A DNA stretch of 64,000 nucleotides from Vicinamibacteria bacterium (lineage in GTDB: Bacteria; Acidobacteriota; Vicinamibacteria; Fen-336): positions 32,391 to 96,390 of the forward strand of contig JAMPXO010000003.1 of the NCBI GenBank assembly GCA_023701125.1. The letters run 5' to 3'. The notes under the pieces are model-generated. The model saw only the letters and a list, made by a program, of their open reading frames with translations, did not search any database and was not told the origin of the DNA. Made by a program: the position numbers and the translations under genes. Below, one piece after another: positions 9,330 to 18,335 of this stretch; position 1 is the first letter of the stretch, and each line of letters opens with the position of its first letter.

Positions 9330-10475
9330 CTACAGGCGCCGCAGCGCCGTCGCGACCTCGAGGCGCATCGCGGCCAGGGCCGGCGCGAAGCCGGCGAACA
9401 GCCCGACGGCGACGGACAGGCCGAGCGCGGCCAGCAGGCCGGCGTCGGGCAGGTAGAACACGGGCAACATGCCGCCGGTGGGATCGCCCGCCAGCGTGAA
9501 CGCCTTGGCCAGCCCCGCGCCCAGCGCCCCGCCCATCACGGCGATCGCCAGCGACTCGGCCAGCACCAGGCCCAGCACGAAGCGGTCGCCGTAGCCGATC
9601 GCCTTCAGCACCGCGAGCTCGGACGTGCGCTCGCGCACGGCGCCGGCCATCGTGTTGCCGGTGACCAGCAGCAATGTGAAGACCACGACCGAGCCCACCG
9701 CCAGCATCAGCGTCTCGATGTTGCCCATCTGCTTGACGAACGAGGCGGCCATCGCCTTCTCGCTCTGGGCCCGCGTCTCCCACGCCGAGTTCGCGAAGCG
9801 CTCGTCGATGCGGCGGCAGATCTCGACCATGTCGGCGCCGGCCGCCATCCGCACGGAGTACCAGCCGACGTACCCCTCGGGGTAGCCGTCCGGCAGGTTC
9901 TCGTTCAGGTAGTCCCAGCGGAACCAGAACTGGGTCAGGTCGTCGTTGGCCTTGGTGCCCTCGTAGATGCCGACCAGCAGGAAATTCCACTCGCCCGCGA
10001 AGATCGCGCCCTGGATCGGGATCCGGTCGCCGACCTTCCAGCCGAAGCGTCTCGCGAGCGCCGCGCCCGCGATCGCGGCCGTGCGGTCGGACTGGAAGGA
10101 CTGCCAGGCCGCGTCGTCGATCCGGAACTCCCTGTACATCTCGCGGTAGGTGTCCTTGTCGACCGCGAACTGCGGGAAGAAGTTCTTCGGGTCCTGGTAG
10201 ACGCCGCCGAACCAGTTCGCGTAGCTGACCGCCTGCACGCCGGGGACCTTCAGGATCTGGTCGCGGTAGGCGAGCGGCAACGGCTGGATCAGCGACGTGC
10301 GGTTGGTGACGAAGATGCGGTCGGCACCGGCGGCGTCCACGCCCTGGTTGAACGAGGCGCGGATCGTGACCAGGATGCAGAACAGGAACAGCGCGATCGC
10401 GAACGAGGCCGCCGTGAGCGCGGTGCGCGCTTTCTTGCGCAGCAGGTTGGCCAGGACCAGGGGCAGGAAGCGCAC
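9330..10475 (-). CDS. ABC transporter permease, FtsX/MacB-LolC type
   Basis: 'MRFLPLVLANLLRKKARTA...' FtsX-type N-terminus, 4 nt after the ATPase stop. Confidence 0.75.
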   Translation of the reverse strand: MRFLPLVLANLLRKKARTALTAASFAIALFLFCILVTIRASFNQGVDAAGADRIFVTNRTSLIQPLPLAYRDQILKVPGVQAVSYANWFGGVYQDPKNFFPQFAVDKDTYREMYREFRIDDAAWQSFQSDRTAAIAGAALARRFGWKVGDRIPIQGAIFAGEWNFLLVGIYEGTKANDDLTQFWFRWDYLNENLPDGYPEGYVGWYSVRMAAGADMVEICRRIDERFANSAWETRAQSEKAMAASFVKQMGNIETLMLAVGSVVVFTLLLVTGNTMAGAVRERTSELAVLKAIGYGDRFVLGLVLAESLAIAVMGGALGAGLAKAFTLAGDPTGGMLPVFYLPDAGLLAALGLSVAVGLFAGFAPALAAMRLEVATALRRL

Positions 10476-10479
10476 GGCG

Positions 10480-11217
10480 CTACGAAAGCTCCCCCTTGTC
10501 GAGGTGGAAGGTGACCTGGGCGCGGGCGGCGGCCCGTGGGTCGTGGGTCACCATCAGCACCGTCTTGCCGAAATCGCCCACCAGGTGGTGGAGCATGTCG
10601 AGGATCTCGTCCGCGCTGTGGCGGTCGAGGTCACCCGTCGGCTCGTCGCACAGCAGGAAGGTCGGGTCGCCGACGATCGCACGCGCGATGGCGACCCGCT
10701 GCTGCTGGCCGCCGGAGAGCTCGCGTGGCTTGTGGTCCATGCGGTCGTCGAGACCGACGACCCGCAGCGCGGTCGCCACCCGCTCGCGCCGCTCGGCCTT
10801 CGACAGCGGCAGCAGCAGCAGCGGCAGCTCGACGTTGCGGAAGGCCGACAGCACCGGGATCAGGTTGTACATCTGGAACACGAAGCCGACGTGGCGCGCC
10901 CGCCACGTCGTCAGCTTCGACCGCGAGAGCGACGTGATCGGGTCGCCGGCCACGCGGATGATCCCGGCCGACGGCACGTCGAGCCCGCCGATCAGGTTCA
11001 GCAGCGTGCTCTTGCCGGAGCCGGAGGGCCCCATCAGGGCGACGAACTCGCCGCGGTCGACGTCGAGGTTGACGTCCGTGAGGACGTGCAGGTCTTCGCT
11101 GCCGCGCCTGTAGTTCTTGGCGACGCCACGCAGACAGATCAGCGCTTCCGAGGGGGCCGTCGCTCCTACCCGGGCCATGATGGCGCTCATGCTACCGCCG
11201 CCCGAAAGAGCTTGCAT
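10480..11217 (-). CDS. ABC transporter ATP-binding protein (LolD/MacB-ATPase-like)
   Basis: Walker A 'GPSGSGKST', signature 'LSGGQQQRVAIARA' and Walker B 'LLCDEPTGDLD'. Alternative ATG starts at 11190 and 11178 are possible. Confidence 0.85.
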   Translation of the reverse strand: MQALSGGGSMSAIMARVGATAPSEALICLRGVAKNYRRGSEDLHVLTDVNLDVDRGEFVALMGPSGSGKSTLLNLIGGLDVPSAGIIRVAGDPITSLSRSKLTTWRARHVGFVFQMYNLIPVLSAFRNVELPLLLLPLSKAERRERVATALRVVGLDDRMDHKPRELSGGQQQRVAIARAIVGDPTFLLCDEPTGDLDRHSADEILDMLHHLVGDFGKTVLMVTHDPRAAARAQVTFHLDKGELS

Positions 11218-11444
11218 TCCAGCCGCCGCGGGCCCATCTTGAAGGTGTAGGACACGAGGGTAGATGCTCGGAGGTCAAGTGACCATGGAGGGTCCCCCCG
11301 ACCACGATGGGCCCCGCGGAGGACGGCGGGGCCGGTAAAGAGGCGTAGCAGACCGGGTTCGTTGGGTTTCGTCCTCACCCGGTGTTTCGGTCACTTCAAA
11401 ACCCCCACCACCCGGGTGGGGCGCGAGAAGGAAGCCTCGCTGGC

Positions 11445-11481
11445 CCGGCAGCTGACGTCGCTGCCGGGCCTCTTTCGTCTC
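11445..11481 (+). promoter_or_regulatory. GC hairpin plus a U-rich run in the 5' leader of the BtpA-kinase-PsuG operon (possible attenuator or terminator)
   Basis: 'ccggcagc tgacgtc gctgccgg' is a perfect 8-bp stem followed by 'cctctttcgtctc', about 30 nt before the ATG at 11508. A second palindrome 'cacccgggtg' lies just upstream. Confidence 0.25.
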
Positions 11482-11507
11482 GGGCGCTGTGCTAACTTCC
11501 GCCGCGG

Positions 11508-12317
11508 ATGGACCAGCGCGGCGTCGTTCCAGCGCTCTTCGGCGTGCCTCGCGCCCTGATCGGCATGATCCACGCGGGCGCTCTGCCCGGCTCTCCCCTC
11601 TCCGCCGATCCCGTCGACGCCCTCTGCGCCCACGCCGTGGCCGAGGCGCGGGTGCTGGCCGCGGCCGGCTTCCACGGCCTGCTGCTCGAAAACATGCACG
11701 ACCGACCCTACGTGCGTGGCCAGGCCGCGGCCGAGACGGTCGCCGCGATGGCCGTGATCGCGCGCGAGGTCCGGCGCGAGGTGGCGCTGCCGCTGGGCCT
11801 GCAGGTGCTGGCCGGCGCCAACCGTGAGGCGATCGCGATCGCCCACGCGAGCGGGGCCTGTTTCGTGCGCGTCGAGGGCTTCGTCTTCGCCCACGTCGGC
11901 GACGAGGGCGTGCACGAGTCGGATGCGGCCGCCCTGTTGCGCCACAGGCGGGCGATCGGCGCCGGCGAGGTCCGCGTCTTCGCGGACATCAAGAAGAAGC
12001 ACTCCGCACACGCCATCACCGCGGACGTGTCGCTGGTCGAGACCGCCCGCGCCGCGGAGTTCTTCCTCGCCGACGGCGTGATCGTGACCGGCAGCGCCAC
12101 CGGCGACCCGGCCGACGCCCGCGCGGTGGCCGAGGTCGCCGCCGCCACCGGCCTGCCCACGCTGGTCGGCTCCGGCGTGGACCCTCACAACGTCGCCAGT
12201 TACCGGGCGGCGGACGCGCTGATCGTCGGCTCCTCCCTGAAGAAGGGCGGCCACTGGACCGGGTCGCTGGACGAGGCGCGCTGTGTCGCCGTCTCCCGCG
12301 CCTTCCGGGCCAGCTAG
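11508..12317 (+). CDS. BtpA/SgcQ family TIM-barrel protein
   Basis: 269-aa ORF. The glycine-rich loop and overall pattern ('GLLLENMHDRPY', 'VIVTGSATG') are typical of BtpA/SgcQ. Confidence 0.65.
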   Translation: MDQRGVVPALFGVPRALIGMIHAGALPGSPLSADPVDALCAHAVAEARVLAAAGFHGLLLENMHDRPYVRGQAAAETVAAMAVIAREVRREVALPLGLQVLAGANREAIAIAHASGACFVRVEGFVFAHVGDEGVHESDAAALLRHRRAIGAGEVRVFADIKKKHSAHAITADVSLVETARAAEFFLADGVIVTGSATGDPADARAVAEVAAATGLPTLVGSGVDPHNVASYRAADALIVGSSLKKGGHWTGSLDEARCVAVSRAFRAS

Positions 12318-12326
12318 GAACTCCCC

Positions 12327-13253
12327 GTGACCGCTCCGGACCTCGTCCTGCTCGGCAACCTGCTGGTCGACGACGTCGTGCTGCCGGACGGTCGCACGCG
12401 GATGGCCGAAGCCGGCGGCTCCGTCCTCTACGGTGCGCTCGCCGCTCGCCTGTGGCAGACCCCGGTCGGCCTCGCGACCGTGCGCGGCAGCGACTACCCG
12501 CAGCCCGTGCTGGACGCGCTGCGCTCGCGCGGCGTGGATTTCGAAGGCGTGCGCGAGCTCGGCCGCGAGGGCCTCCGCACCTGGCTGCTCTACGAGGGCA
12601 AGCGCCGCCAGGTGCTGCACCGCCTCGACCGCCCCACCCACGCCGAGGTCTCGCCCACCCCGGGCTCGCTGCCCGAGCGCTACCAACACTCGCGCGCCTT
12701 CCACCTCGGGCCGATGCCGTTCGAGGTCCAGCGCGAGCTGGTGCTCGAGCTGTCCACGCTGCCGGGGGCGATGCTCTCGCTCGACCCGTTCCGGCCGCTG
12801 CGGCCGGATACGCTCGACGCCTGGCAGCCGATCTTCGCCCGCATCGACATGCTGTTCCTCAGCGAGGACGAGATGCAGTTGCCGGGGGCGGTCCAGCGGC
12901 CCGAGGACGTGCTGCGCTCGCTGCGCGGCGGTCGCCTGCGCCACGTGTTCTACAAGCGTGGCGCGCAGGGCGGCCTGGCCTACGACGTGGCGCGCGACCG
13001 GATCGACGCGTGGGGGGGCCGCGCGCCGGAGTACGCGGACGCCACCGGTGCCGGCGACGCCTTCGCCTCGGGTGTGATCAGCGGCCTGCTCCGCGGCGAA
13101 CCGACCGCGCGGGCCGTGGCCCGCGGCATCGTGGGCGCGAGCTTCGCGATCTCGAGCTGGGGCATCGACGGCCTGCTGGAGACTGGCGCAGAGGAGGCCG
13201 AAGGCCGGCTCGCGAACTGGTTCGCGCAGGGCGGAGCGTGGGCGGAGGCGTGA
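12327..13253 (+). CDS. PfkB-family carbohydrate/nucleoside kinase, probably pseudouridine kinase
   Basis: Ribokinase-family motifs 'GGSVLYGA' and 'DATGAGDAFASG'. It is immediately followed by, and overlaps, psuG. Confidence 0.7.
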   Translation: MTAPDLVLLGNLLVDDVVLPDGRTRMAEAGGSVLYGALAARLWQTPVGLATVRGSDYPQPVLDALRSRGVDFEGVRELGREGLRTWLLYEGKRRQVLHRLDRPTHAEVSPTPGSLPERYQHSRAFHLGPMPFEVQRELVLELSTLPGAMLSLDPFRPLRPDTLDAWQPIFARIDMLFLSEDEMQLPGAVQRPEDVLRSLRGGRLRHVFYKRGAQGGLAYDVARDRIDAWGGRAPEYADATGAGDAFASGVISGLLRGEPTARAVARGIVGASFAISSWGIDGLLETGAEEAEGRLANWFAQGGAWAEA

Positions 13254-14167
13254 TTCGCGGCCGCCTCCGGATCGCGCCCGCGATCGCGGCGGCCCTGCGC
13301 GCCGACCGTCCCGTGGTCGCGCTGGAGACCACCCTCGTCACCCACGGGCTGCCCGCTCCGGAGGGGGTCGCCACGGCCCGGCAGATGGAGGCCGAGGTCC
13401 GCGACGCGGGCGCCGTGCCCGCGACCATCGGCGTCCTGGACGGCGCGATCGTGGTCGGCCTCGAGGACGTGCAGCTCGATGCGCTCTCCGCCCCGGGGGC
13501 CGTCAAGCTCAACCTCTCGAACCTGGCGGCGGCCCTCGCCCGCGGTCAGCGCGGGTCCACGACCGTGGCGGCCACGGCGTGGTGCGCGTCGCTCGCCGGC
13601 ATCCGGGTCTTCGCGACCGGCGGCATCGGCGGCGTTCATCGTGGATTCGCCGATCGCGGAGACGTCTCTGCGGACCTCGAGGCGCTGGCCCGCTTCGCCG
13701 TGGTCGTGGTCTCGGCCGGGGCCAAGGCCGTGCTCGACCTCCCCCGCACCCGCGAGCTGCTGGAGACGCTCGGCGTGCCCGTCTACGGCTTCGGCACCGA
13801 CACCTGGCCCGCGTTCTACCGCCGTGGCAGCGCGCTGGCCGTCGACGCCCGCTTCGACGACCCCACGGCCCTCGCGGCCGCGGCCGCCGCCCACTTCGAA
13901 CTCGGCGGCGGTGGCGTGCTGGTCGGCAACCCGATCCCGATGGAGCACGAGCTCCCCGCCGAGGTCGAGCGCGAGGCGATCGCCGCAGCGCTGGCCGACG
14001 CGGAAGCCTCGGCCGTGGCCGGGCGCGACCTCACCCCGTTCCTGCTCGATCGCTTGCGCGTGGCGACCGCGGGGCGCAGCGTCGTCAGCAACGTGGCGCT
14101 GCTGCGGAACAACGCGCGCCTCGCCGGGCGAATCGCTGCCGCGCTACCTCCGCGACCGCGCGAATAA
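13250..14167 (+). CDS. psuG: pseudouridine-5'-phosphate glycosidase
   Basis: GTG start at 13250 gives a GTGA overlap with the kinase stop. 'ALETTLVTHGLP' and 'VFATGGIGGVHRG' are characteristic of the IndA/PsuG family. It corresponds to the in-frame C-terminal part of ORF 12452..14167. Confidence 0.8.
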   Translation: MIRGRLRIAPAIAAALRADRPVVALETTLVTHGLPAPEGVATARQMEAEVRDAGAVPATIGVLDGAIVVGLEDVQLDALSAPGAVKLNLSNLAAALARGQRGSTTVAATAWCASLAGIRVFATGGIGGVHRGFADRGDVSADLEALARFAVVVVSAGAKAVLDLPRTRELLETLGVPVYGFGTDTWPAFYRRGSALAVDARFDDPTALAAAAAAHFELGGGGVLVGNPIPMEHELPAEVEREAIAAALADAEASAVAGRDLTPFLLDRLRVATAGRSVVSNVALLRNNARLAGRIAAALPPRPRE

Positions 14168-14659
14168 CGAGCGCAGGGGCACGCGGGCCAGCGGCCCGTC
14201 GAAGGCCTCCTGCAGGGCGCGCAGTCGCTCCTCCCACGGGCCGAGGGTCCAGCAGCGATCCGGCGGCAACTCCGTCAACGGGGGCCCGGTCTCGTCGTTG
14301 AGCGGGCAGATGTCCCGCTGCTCGACCACGGTGCCGGGGTCCGCCTCGTCTTCCTCGACCCAGCGCAGCGGCAGCCCCTGGGTGCGGCAGACGTAGGGGC
14401 GCAGCGCGTAGACGCGGCAGGCGCCGTCGGCGTCGAGGAAAGCACAGGTGCCCTCGGGCCCCGGCTCGCCTTCCGCCAGCAGCTCCGGCGCGCCGGCGCG
14501 GATGCGCTCGGCCTCGACGGCGAAGACCGTGATGCCGTCGACGCAACACGACGAACAGCCGCGACCGCAGCGCAGCCGCGATCCGTGCGCGGCAGCGACC
14601 CGATTCGCGGCGGCGTCCACCGCGGCGTGGAAGGCCTCGACGTCAGCCGTGCGGTTCAC
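14144..14659 (-). CDS. YkgJ/UPF0153 family Fe-S/zinc-cluster protein
   Basis: GTG start at 14659, GTGA-overlapped with the upstream gene's stop. CxxCxxCC motif 'CGRGCSSCC' and 'GACRVYALRPYVCRTQG'. The N-terminal part of ORF 14144..14884 is an artefact. Confidence 0.55.
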   Translation of the reverse strand: MNRTADVEAFHAAVDAAANRVAAAHGSRLRCGRGCSSCCVDGITVFAVEAERIRAGAPELLAEGEPGPEGTCAFLDADGACRVYALRPYVCRTQGLPLRWVEEDEADPGTVVEQRDICPLNDETGPPLTELPPDRCWTLGPWEERLRALQEAFDGPLARVPLRSLFARSRR

Positions 14660-15615
14660 GCTCCGCCCGGGCGGCCCTCGGGCGCGTAGATCAGGCCGAT
14701 GTGGTACGTCCCGTCCGGCACGTCCAGCACGGCCCCGCCGAGCGCATCGAGCCGGAGATCGAAGAGGGTCGTCGACGATTCCTGCGGGACCAGCCGCAAC
14801 ACGACGTCGCGCAGGTGGGTCAGGCCCGGGATGTGAACCTGGATGATCCAGCTCTCGTCGCCCAGCATCTGCTCGCGCAGGCAACGCAACGGACCGTAGT
14901 CGCCCAGGTGCGGCAGGTCGCCCGGCACGCGCAGCCGCGGCGTCGAGTAGCCGAGCTTGTCCTTCAGGTAGTTCTGGACGCTGACCTCGACCTCCATCAG
15001 CCGGTACAGGGCGCGCGCGATCTTGTTGCGCTGGATGATCGAGAGCAGTTGTGTCGAGATGATGCCCGCGGCCATCGCGTAGTCGCCGACCACGATGAAG
15101 CCCGCCATCTGGTCGATGCTGCGGAACACGAGGTCGCTCTCCGACGGGGCGAGCTTGACGTCGGAGATCTCGATCAGCACCTTCTCCATCTCGCGCAGCG
15201 CCATCCGACCGTCGGCGCGCTGGGTGTCGCTCGCGCCGAAGTCGTTCCAGGCCACGTGCAACAGGGTCGGCGCCAGGCGGAAGAAGAAGCGCTTGATCAG
15301 GCCGGCGCCTTCGACGGAGAGGGCCGGGACCAGGGTCTGGACGAAGACGACGAAGGCTTCGACGGCCTGGGCGGCGCCGCTGCCCCGGGCCTCGCGGCAG
15401 ATCTCGATCAGCAGGTTGGTGCGCTCGGCGAAGCTCGTCGCGGGCAGCGCGACGAACGCCTCCTCGTCGAGCGGCGTCTCGCCCGGGCCGCCGAGAAAGG
15501 CCTGCCAGCGAACCTGCAGCCCGCTGGTCTCGGCCCCGAAGCCGCCCGGCCCCTGGCCCTCGGCCAGTTCCTCGAGTTCGGTGAGGAACTGGTCGTCGAA
15601 GAACTCGTCGCTCAC
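14656..15615 (-). CDS. hypothetical protein, no recognised domain
   Basis: 319-aa ORF of normal, non-repetitive composition with an acidic N-terminus. It sits in an operon with the flanking genes. Confidence 0.5.
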   Translation of the reverse strand: MSDEFFDDQFLTELEELAEGQGPGGFGAETSGLQVRWQAFLGGPGETPLDEEAFVALPATSFAERTNLLIEICREARGSGAAQAVEAFVVFVQTLVPALSVEGAGLIKRFFFRLAPTLLHVAWNDFGASDTQRADGRMALREMEKVLIEISDVKLAPSESDLVFRSIDQMAGFIVVGDYAMAAGIISTQLLSIIQRNKIARALYRLMEVEVSVQNYLKDKLGYSTPRLRVPGDLPHLGDYGPLRCLREQMLGDESWIIQVHIPGLTHLRDVVLRLVPQESSTTLFDLRLDALGGAVLDVPDGTYHIGLIYAPEGRPGGA

Positions 15616-15642
15616 GCGGCTATAGGTTACGGCCTTTCCACG

Positions 15643-16257
15643 TCAGGAGCCGAGCACGTGGCGGACCGCCTGCACGAGCCAGACCACGCCGACGACGCGG
15701 AACAGCCAGACCACCGTGAGGCTGCCGACCAGGGCCTGGATGTGGAGCGGGAGCGGCGAGCGGGCGTGGGTCGGCGCCGGACAGCCCGGGCCGAAGAGCG
15801 AGAGCGGGAGCACGCTGAGCGCGACACTGCCCTGGAACAGGGCGACGGCGTCGGAGTAGCGCTCCGACGGGAGAGCGCCCGCAACGACGGCCACGCCCAC
15901 GGCCAGCAGGACGAGCAGCGAGCCGAGGATTCCGGCCTTCAGCAAGGCAGCCCGGCGCTCCGCCCAGCCGACGAAGGCCAGCAGCGGCGTGGCGTGAAGC
16001 GGGCATGCGCTCCAGGCCGCCGCGCCGAGGGGGTCGGAGACCGCGACCCGCTCGACGGCGGAGTTGGCGCCGCACCACAGGCAGCGCTTCGCCGCCCGCG
16101 CGATGACCCAGGGCCGAGCGTACGAACGGTGGCTCGCCATCACCGCGACGCCCAGGCCGAGCGAAAGGCCGAGGCCCAGCGAGGCCCGCACGAACAACAC
16201 GAGGACCAGCGGGACCGGCAGGAACAGCAACGCCCCGATCCAGCGCTCCGCGTTCAT
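15643..16257 (-). CDS. integral membrane protein with a cytoplasmic zinc-ribbon-like motif
   Basis: Start 'MNAERWIGALLFLPV' makes an ATGA overlap with the esterase stop. About 5 hydrophobic helices plus 'CLWCG...CPLH'. It is the in-frame C-terminal part of ORF 15643..18165. Confidence 0.5.
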   Translation of the reverse strand: MNAERWIGALLFLPVPLVLVLFVRASLGLGLSLGLGVAVMASHRSYARPWVIARAAKRCLWCGANSAVERVAVSDPLGAAAWSACPLHATPLLAFVGWAERRAALLKAGILGSLLVLLAVGVAVVAGALPSERYSDAVALFQGSVALSVLPLSLFGPGCPAPTHARSPLPLHIQALVGSLTVVWLFRVVGVVWLVQAVRHVLGS

Positions 16258-17726
16258 GCGCCCGGTGCTGCCGCGCGCTTTCGCAGCTCCTCGAGGATCG
16301 CCTCGAACTCCGCGTCGCCGCGCAGCGACGCGAGCTCGGGGTCCTCGGCCAGGGGTACCATCGGACGCGGGACGCCCTTCTCCAGCGCCTTGCGCAGCGC
16401 CGCGATCGCCTCGGCCTTGCGGCCGGCGAGAGCGTGAGCTCGAGCCTGGTTGACCAGCGGCCCGGGCGACTCCGGGTCGATCACCGCGGCCAGCTCCGCC
16501 GACACCATGGCGTTGACCAGCAGGCCGCGCTCGCGCAGGGTGCGCGGGACGTAGGAGTTCGCCTGGGCCATGATCGCGCTCAGGCGCCGGGTCGCGGACA
16601 GCGCCGTGATGCGATCGGCCGCCTCCAGTTGCTGCCGGAGCTGGACGACGTCGAGCTGCTGCACGAGCTGGGCGAGCGGGGGCGGCGGGGTCTGGCCCAG
16701 GCTGGCGATCGTGCGCATCGCCTTCTCGGTCCACTCCTGGTCGCGCTTCACCTGCGCCCGCTCGCGCTCCAGCTCCTTGCGCGCCGCGGTCCCGAGCCGC
16801 TCGGCCTCCTTGACGGCCGCGGTCGAGCCGCCGAAGCCGGCCAGGTCGTCGGCCAGCGCTTCCCACGTCCGCAGCGCCTCGCCGACCCGCCCCTCCTGCT
16901 CGTATCGCGCAGCCCGCGCCGACACGGACGCCCGGTAGCGATCGGCCACCTTCGGATCGGTCGGCGTGCGGTCCTCGGCCATCGCCTGGAGGGCCATCCA
17001 GTCGAGCGCCTCCAGGGCCAGCCCGGAAGGCAGCCATTGGTGACCACCTTCGAACGAGACGATCCGGGACGGCGTGTGCGAAGCCCGGAGCTGCTGCTCC
17101 AGTTGTCGCATCTCGGTGTAGTTGAAGTCCGTCTCCCCCATCGCCCCGTACAACGCGAAGGGCTGCTTGAGCCGGGCGTCGGCCTCGGGCGGCAGGCCCG
17201 CGCCGACCGCGATCACCCCGGCCAGGCCGCCCTTGAGCACTGCGCCGACGCGGGCCGAGAGCCGAGCGCCGCCGGAGAAGCCGCCGGCGTAGAGCCGGCG
17301 CGGGTCCAGGCTGAGCCGCGAGTAGGCGTCCGCCCAGGTCGCCATCACCGCCTCGTTGTTGGGCGCCCTGGGGTCGTCGCTGCGGGTGTCGTTGGAAGAC
17401 ACGAGGATCATGCCGTGCAGCGCAGCGGCTTCCTTGAAGAGTGCCGCGGCCAGCGGGCCGCGCTCGCGCGGGTCGAACAGGAACAGCGCCGGCCACTTCC
17501 TGGCCGGGTCGTAGTCGGCAGGCAGGTACAGCGCGTAGCTGAAGCGCGGCTCCGCGGCGCACTCGACCTTCGGCGTGATCGCGCCGCGCACGACCGAAAG
17601 CGGCGCGGCCGTCGGGCTCGCGGCGGCGGTCGGCGGAGGGGGTGGCGGCGGGGTCTGCGCTGCGGTGGACACGGCGAGCAGGAAGCCGAAGAGCGACGTC
17701 GAACGATGTCTCACGCCTGGCACCAA
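16254..17726 (-). CDS. secreted esterase/depolymerase-like alpha/beta hydrolase with a C-terminal TPR-like helical domain
   Basis: Signal peptide, then a poly-Pro linker 'TPPPPPPPT'. The N-terminal esterase-like region reads 'LFLFDP...GGFSGGARLS'. The C-terminus is helical and repeat-like. Start is TTG at 17726 or a nearby GTG. Confidence 0.6.
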   Translation of the reverse strand: MVPGVRHRSTSLFGFLLAVSTAAQTPPPPPPPTAAASPTAAPLSVVRGAITPKVECAAEPRFSYALYLPADYDPARKWPALFLFDPRERGPLAAALFKEAAALHGMILVSSNDTRSDDPRAPNNEAVMATWADAYSRLSLDPRRLYAGGFSGGARLSARVGAVLKGGLAGVIAVGAGLPPEADARLKQPFALYGAMGETDFNYTEMRQLEQQLRASHTPSRIVSFEGGHQWLPSGLALEALDWMALQAMAEDRTPTDPKVADRYRASVSARAARYEQEGRVGEALRTWEALADDLAGFGGSTAAVKEAERLGTAARKELERERAQVKRDQEWTEKAMRTIASLGQTPPPPLAQLVQQLDVVQLRQQLEAADRITALSATRRLSAIMAQANSYVPRTLRERGLLVNAMVSAELAAVIDPESPGPLVNQARAHALAGRKAEAIAALRKALEKGVPRPMVPLAEDPELASLRGDAEFEAILEELRKRAAAPGA

Positions 17727-17735
17727 GACCCGCGC

Positions 17736-18281
17736 CTAGCGCCCCCGGACTCCTCCCCGCCGGCGCGACGGGTCGCGCGGCGCGGTCGCCCGCGCGCGGG
17801 ACGCGGACGCTGCCCATTGTGGCAGTTCCGGCTTCGAAATCCTCTCGAACAGCAGGTGGGTCTCGAGGTGGGCGACCTCGCGCCGGGTGGTGAAGCCCTC
17901 GAGCGCAATGTCCCGCAGATGGTCGGCGTCTCGCACGGCCAGGTGGACGAGGAAGTCGTGGCGCCCGCCCACGTGGTAGAGCGCGACGGTCTCGGGCAGC
18001 GACAGGGCGTGGGCGCGGAAGGCCTCCACCTGCTTGCGCGAGTGGCGCGCCAGCCGCACGAACAGCAACGCTTGCAGGCCGATGCCGAGGGCCCGCGGAT
18101 CGGCCTCCGCGTGGAAGCCGCGCAGCACGCGGTCGTCGGTCAGCCGCCGCACGCGGCCGAGGCACGTGGACGGCGCGAGCCCGACCCGGGCCGCGACCTC
18201 CTTGTTCGACAATCGAGCATCGTTCTGAAGAAGGCGCACGATTTCGAAGTCGATTCGATCCAGTGACGTGTTTTCCGCCAT
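17736..18281 (-). CDS. Lrp/AsnC family transcriptional regulator (MdeR-like)
   Basis: Real start 'MAENTSLDRIDFEIVRLLQNDARLSNKEVAARVGL', a helix-turn-helix, inside ORF 17736..20108. It is divergent from the PLP enzyme gene. Confidence 0.8.
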   Translation of the reverse strand: MAENTSLDRIDFEIVRLLQNDARLSNKEVAARVGLAPSTCLGRVRRLTDDRVLRGFHAEADPRALGIGLQALLFVRLARHSRKQVEAFRAHALSLPETVALYHVGGRHDFLVHLAVRDADHLRDIALEGFTTRREVAHLETHLLFERISKPELPQWAASASRARATAPRDPSRRRGGVRGR

Positions 18282-18335
18282 GAATCGAAGTGTATTCGAT
18301 TGCGGGGCCTCGCCGCCGAACGTCATCATTCGGTC

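Noticed and set aside
11218-11507. A tRNA or small ncRNA gene in the 290-bp intergenic region
   Set aside because: No T-loop (GGTTCGA-like) or cloverleaf arrangement is present. The hairpins fit a leader or attenuator better. No Rfam-class motif was recognised.
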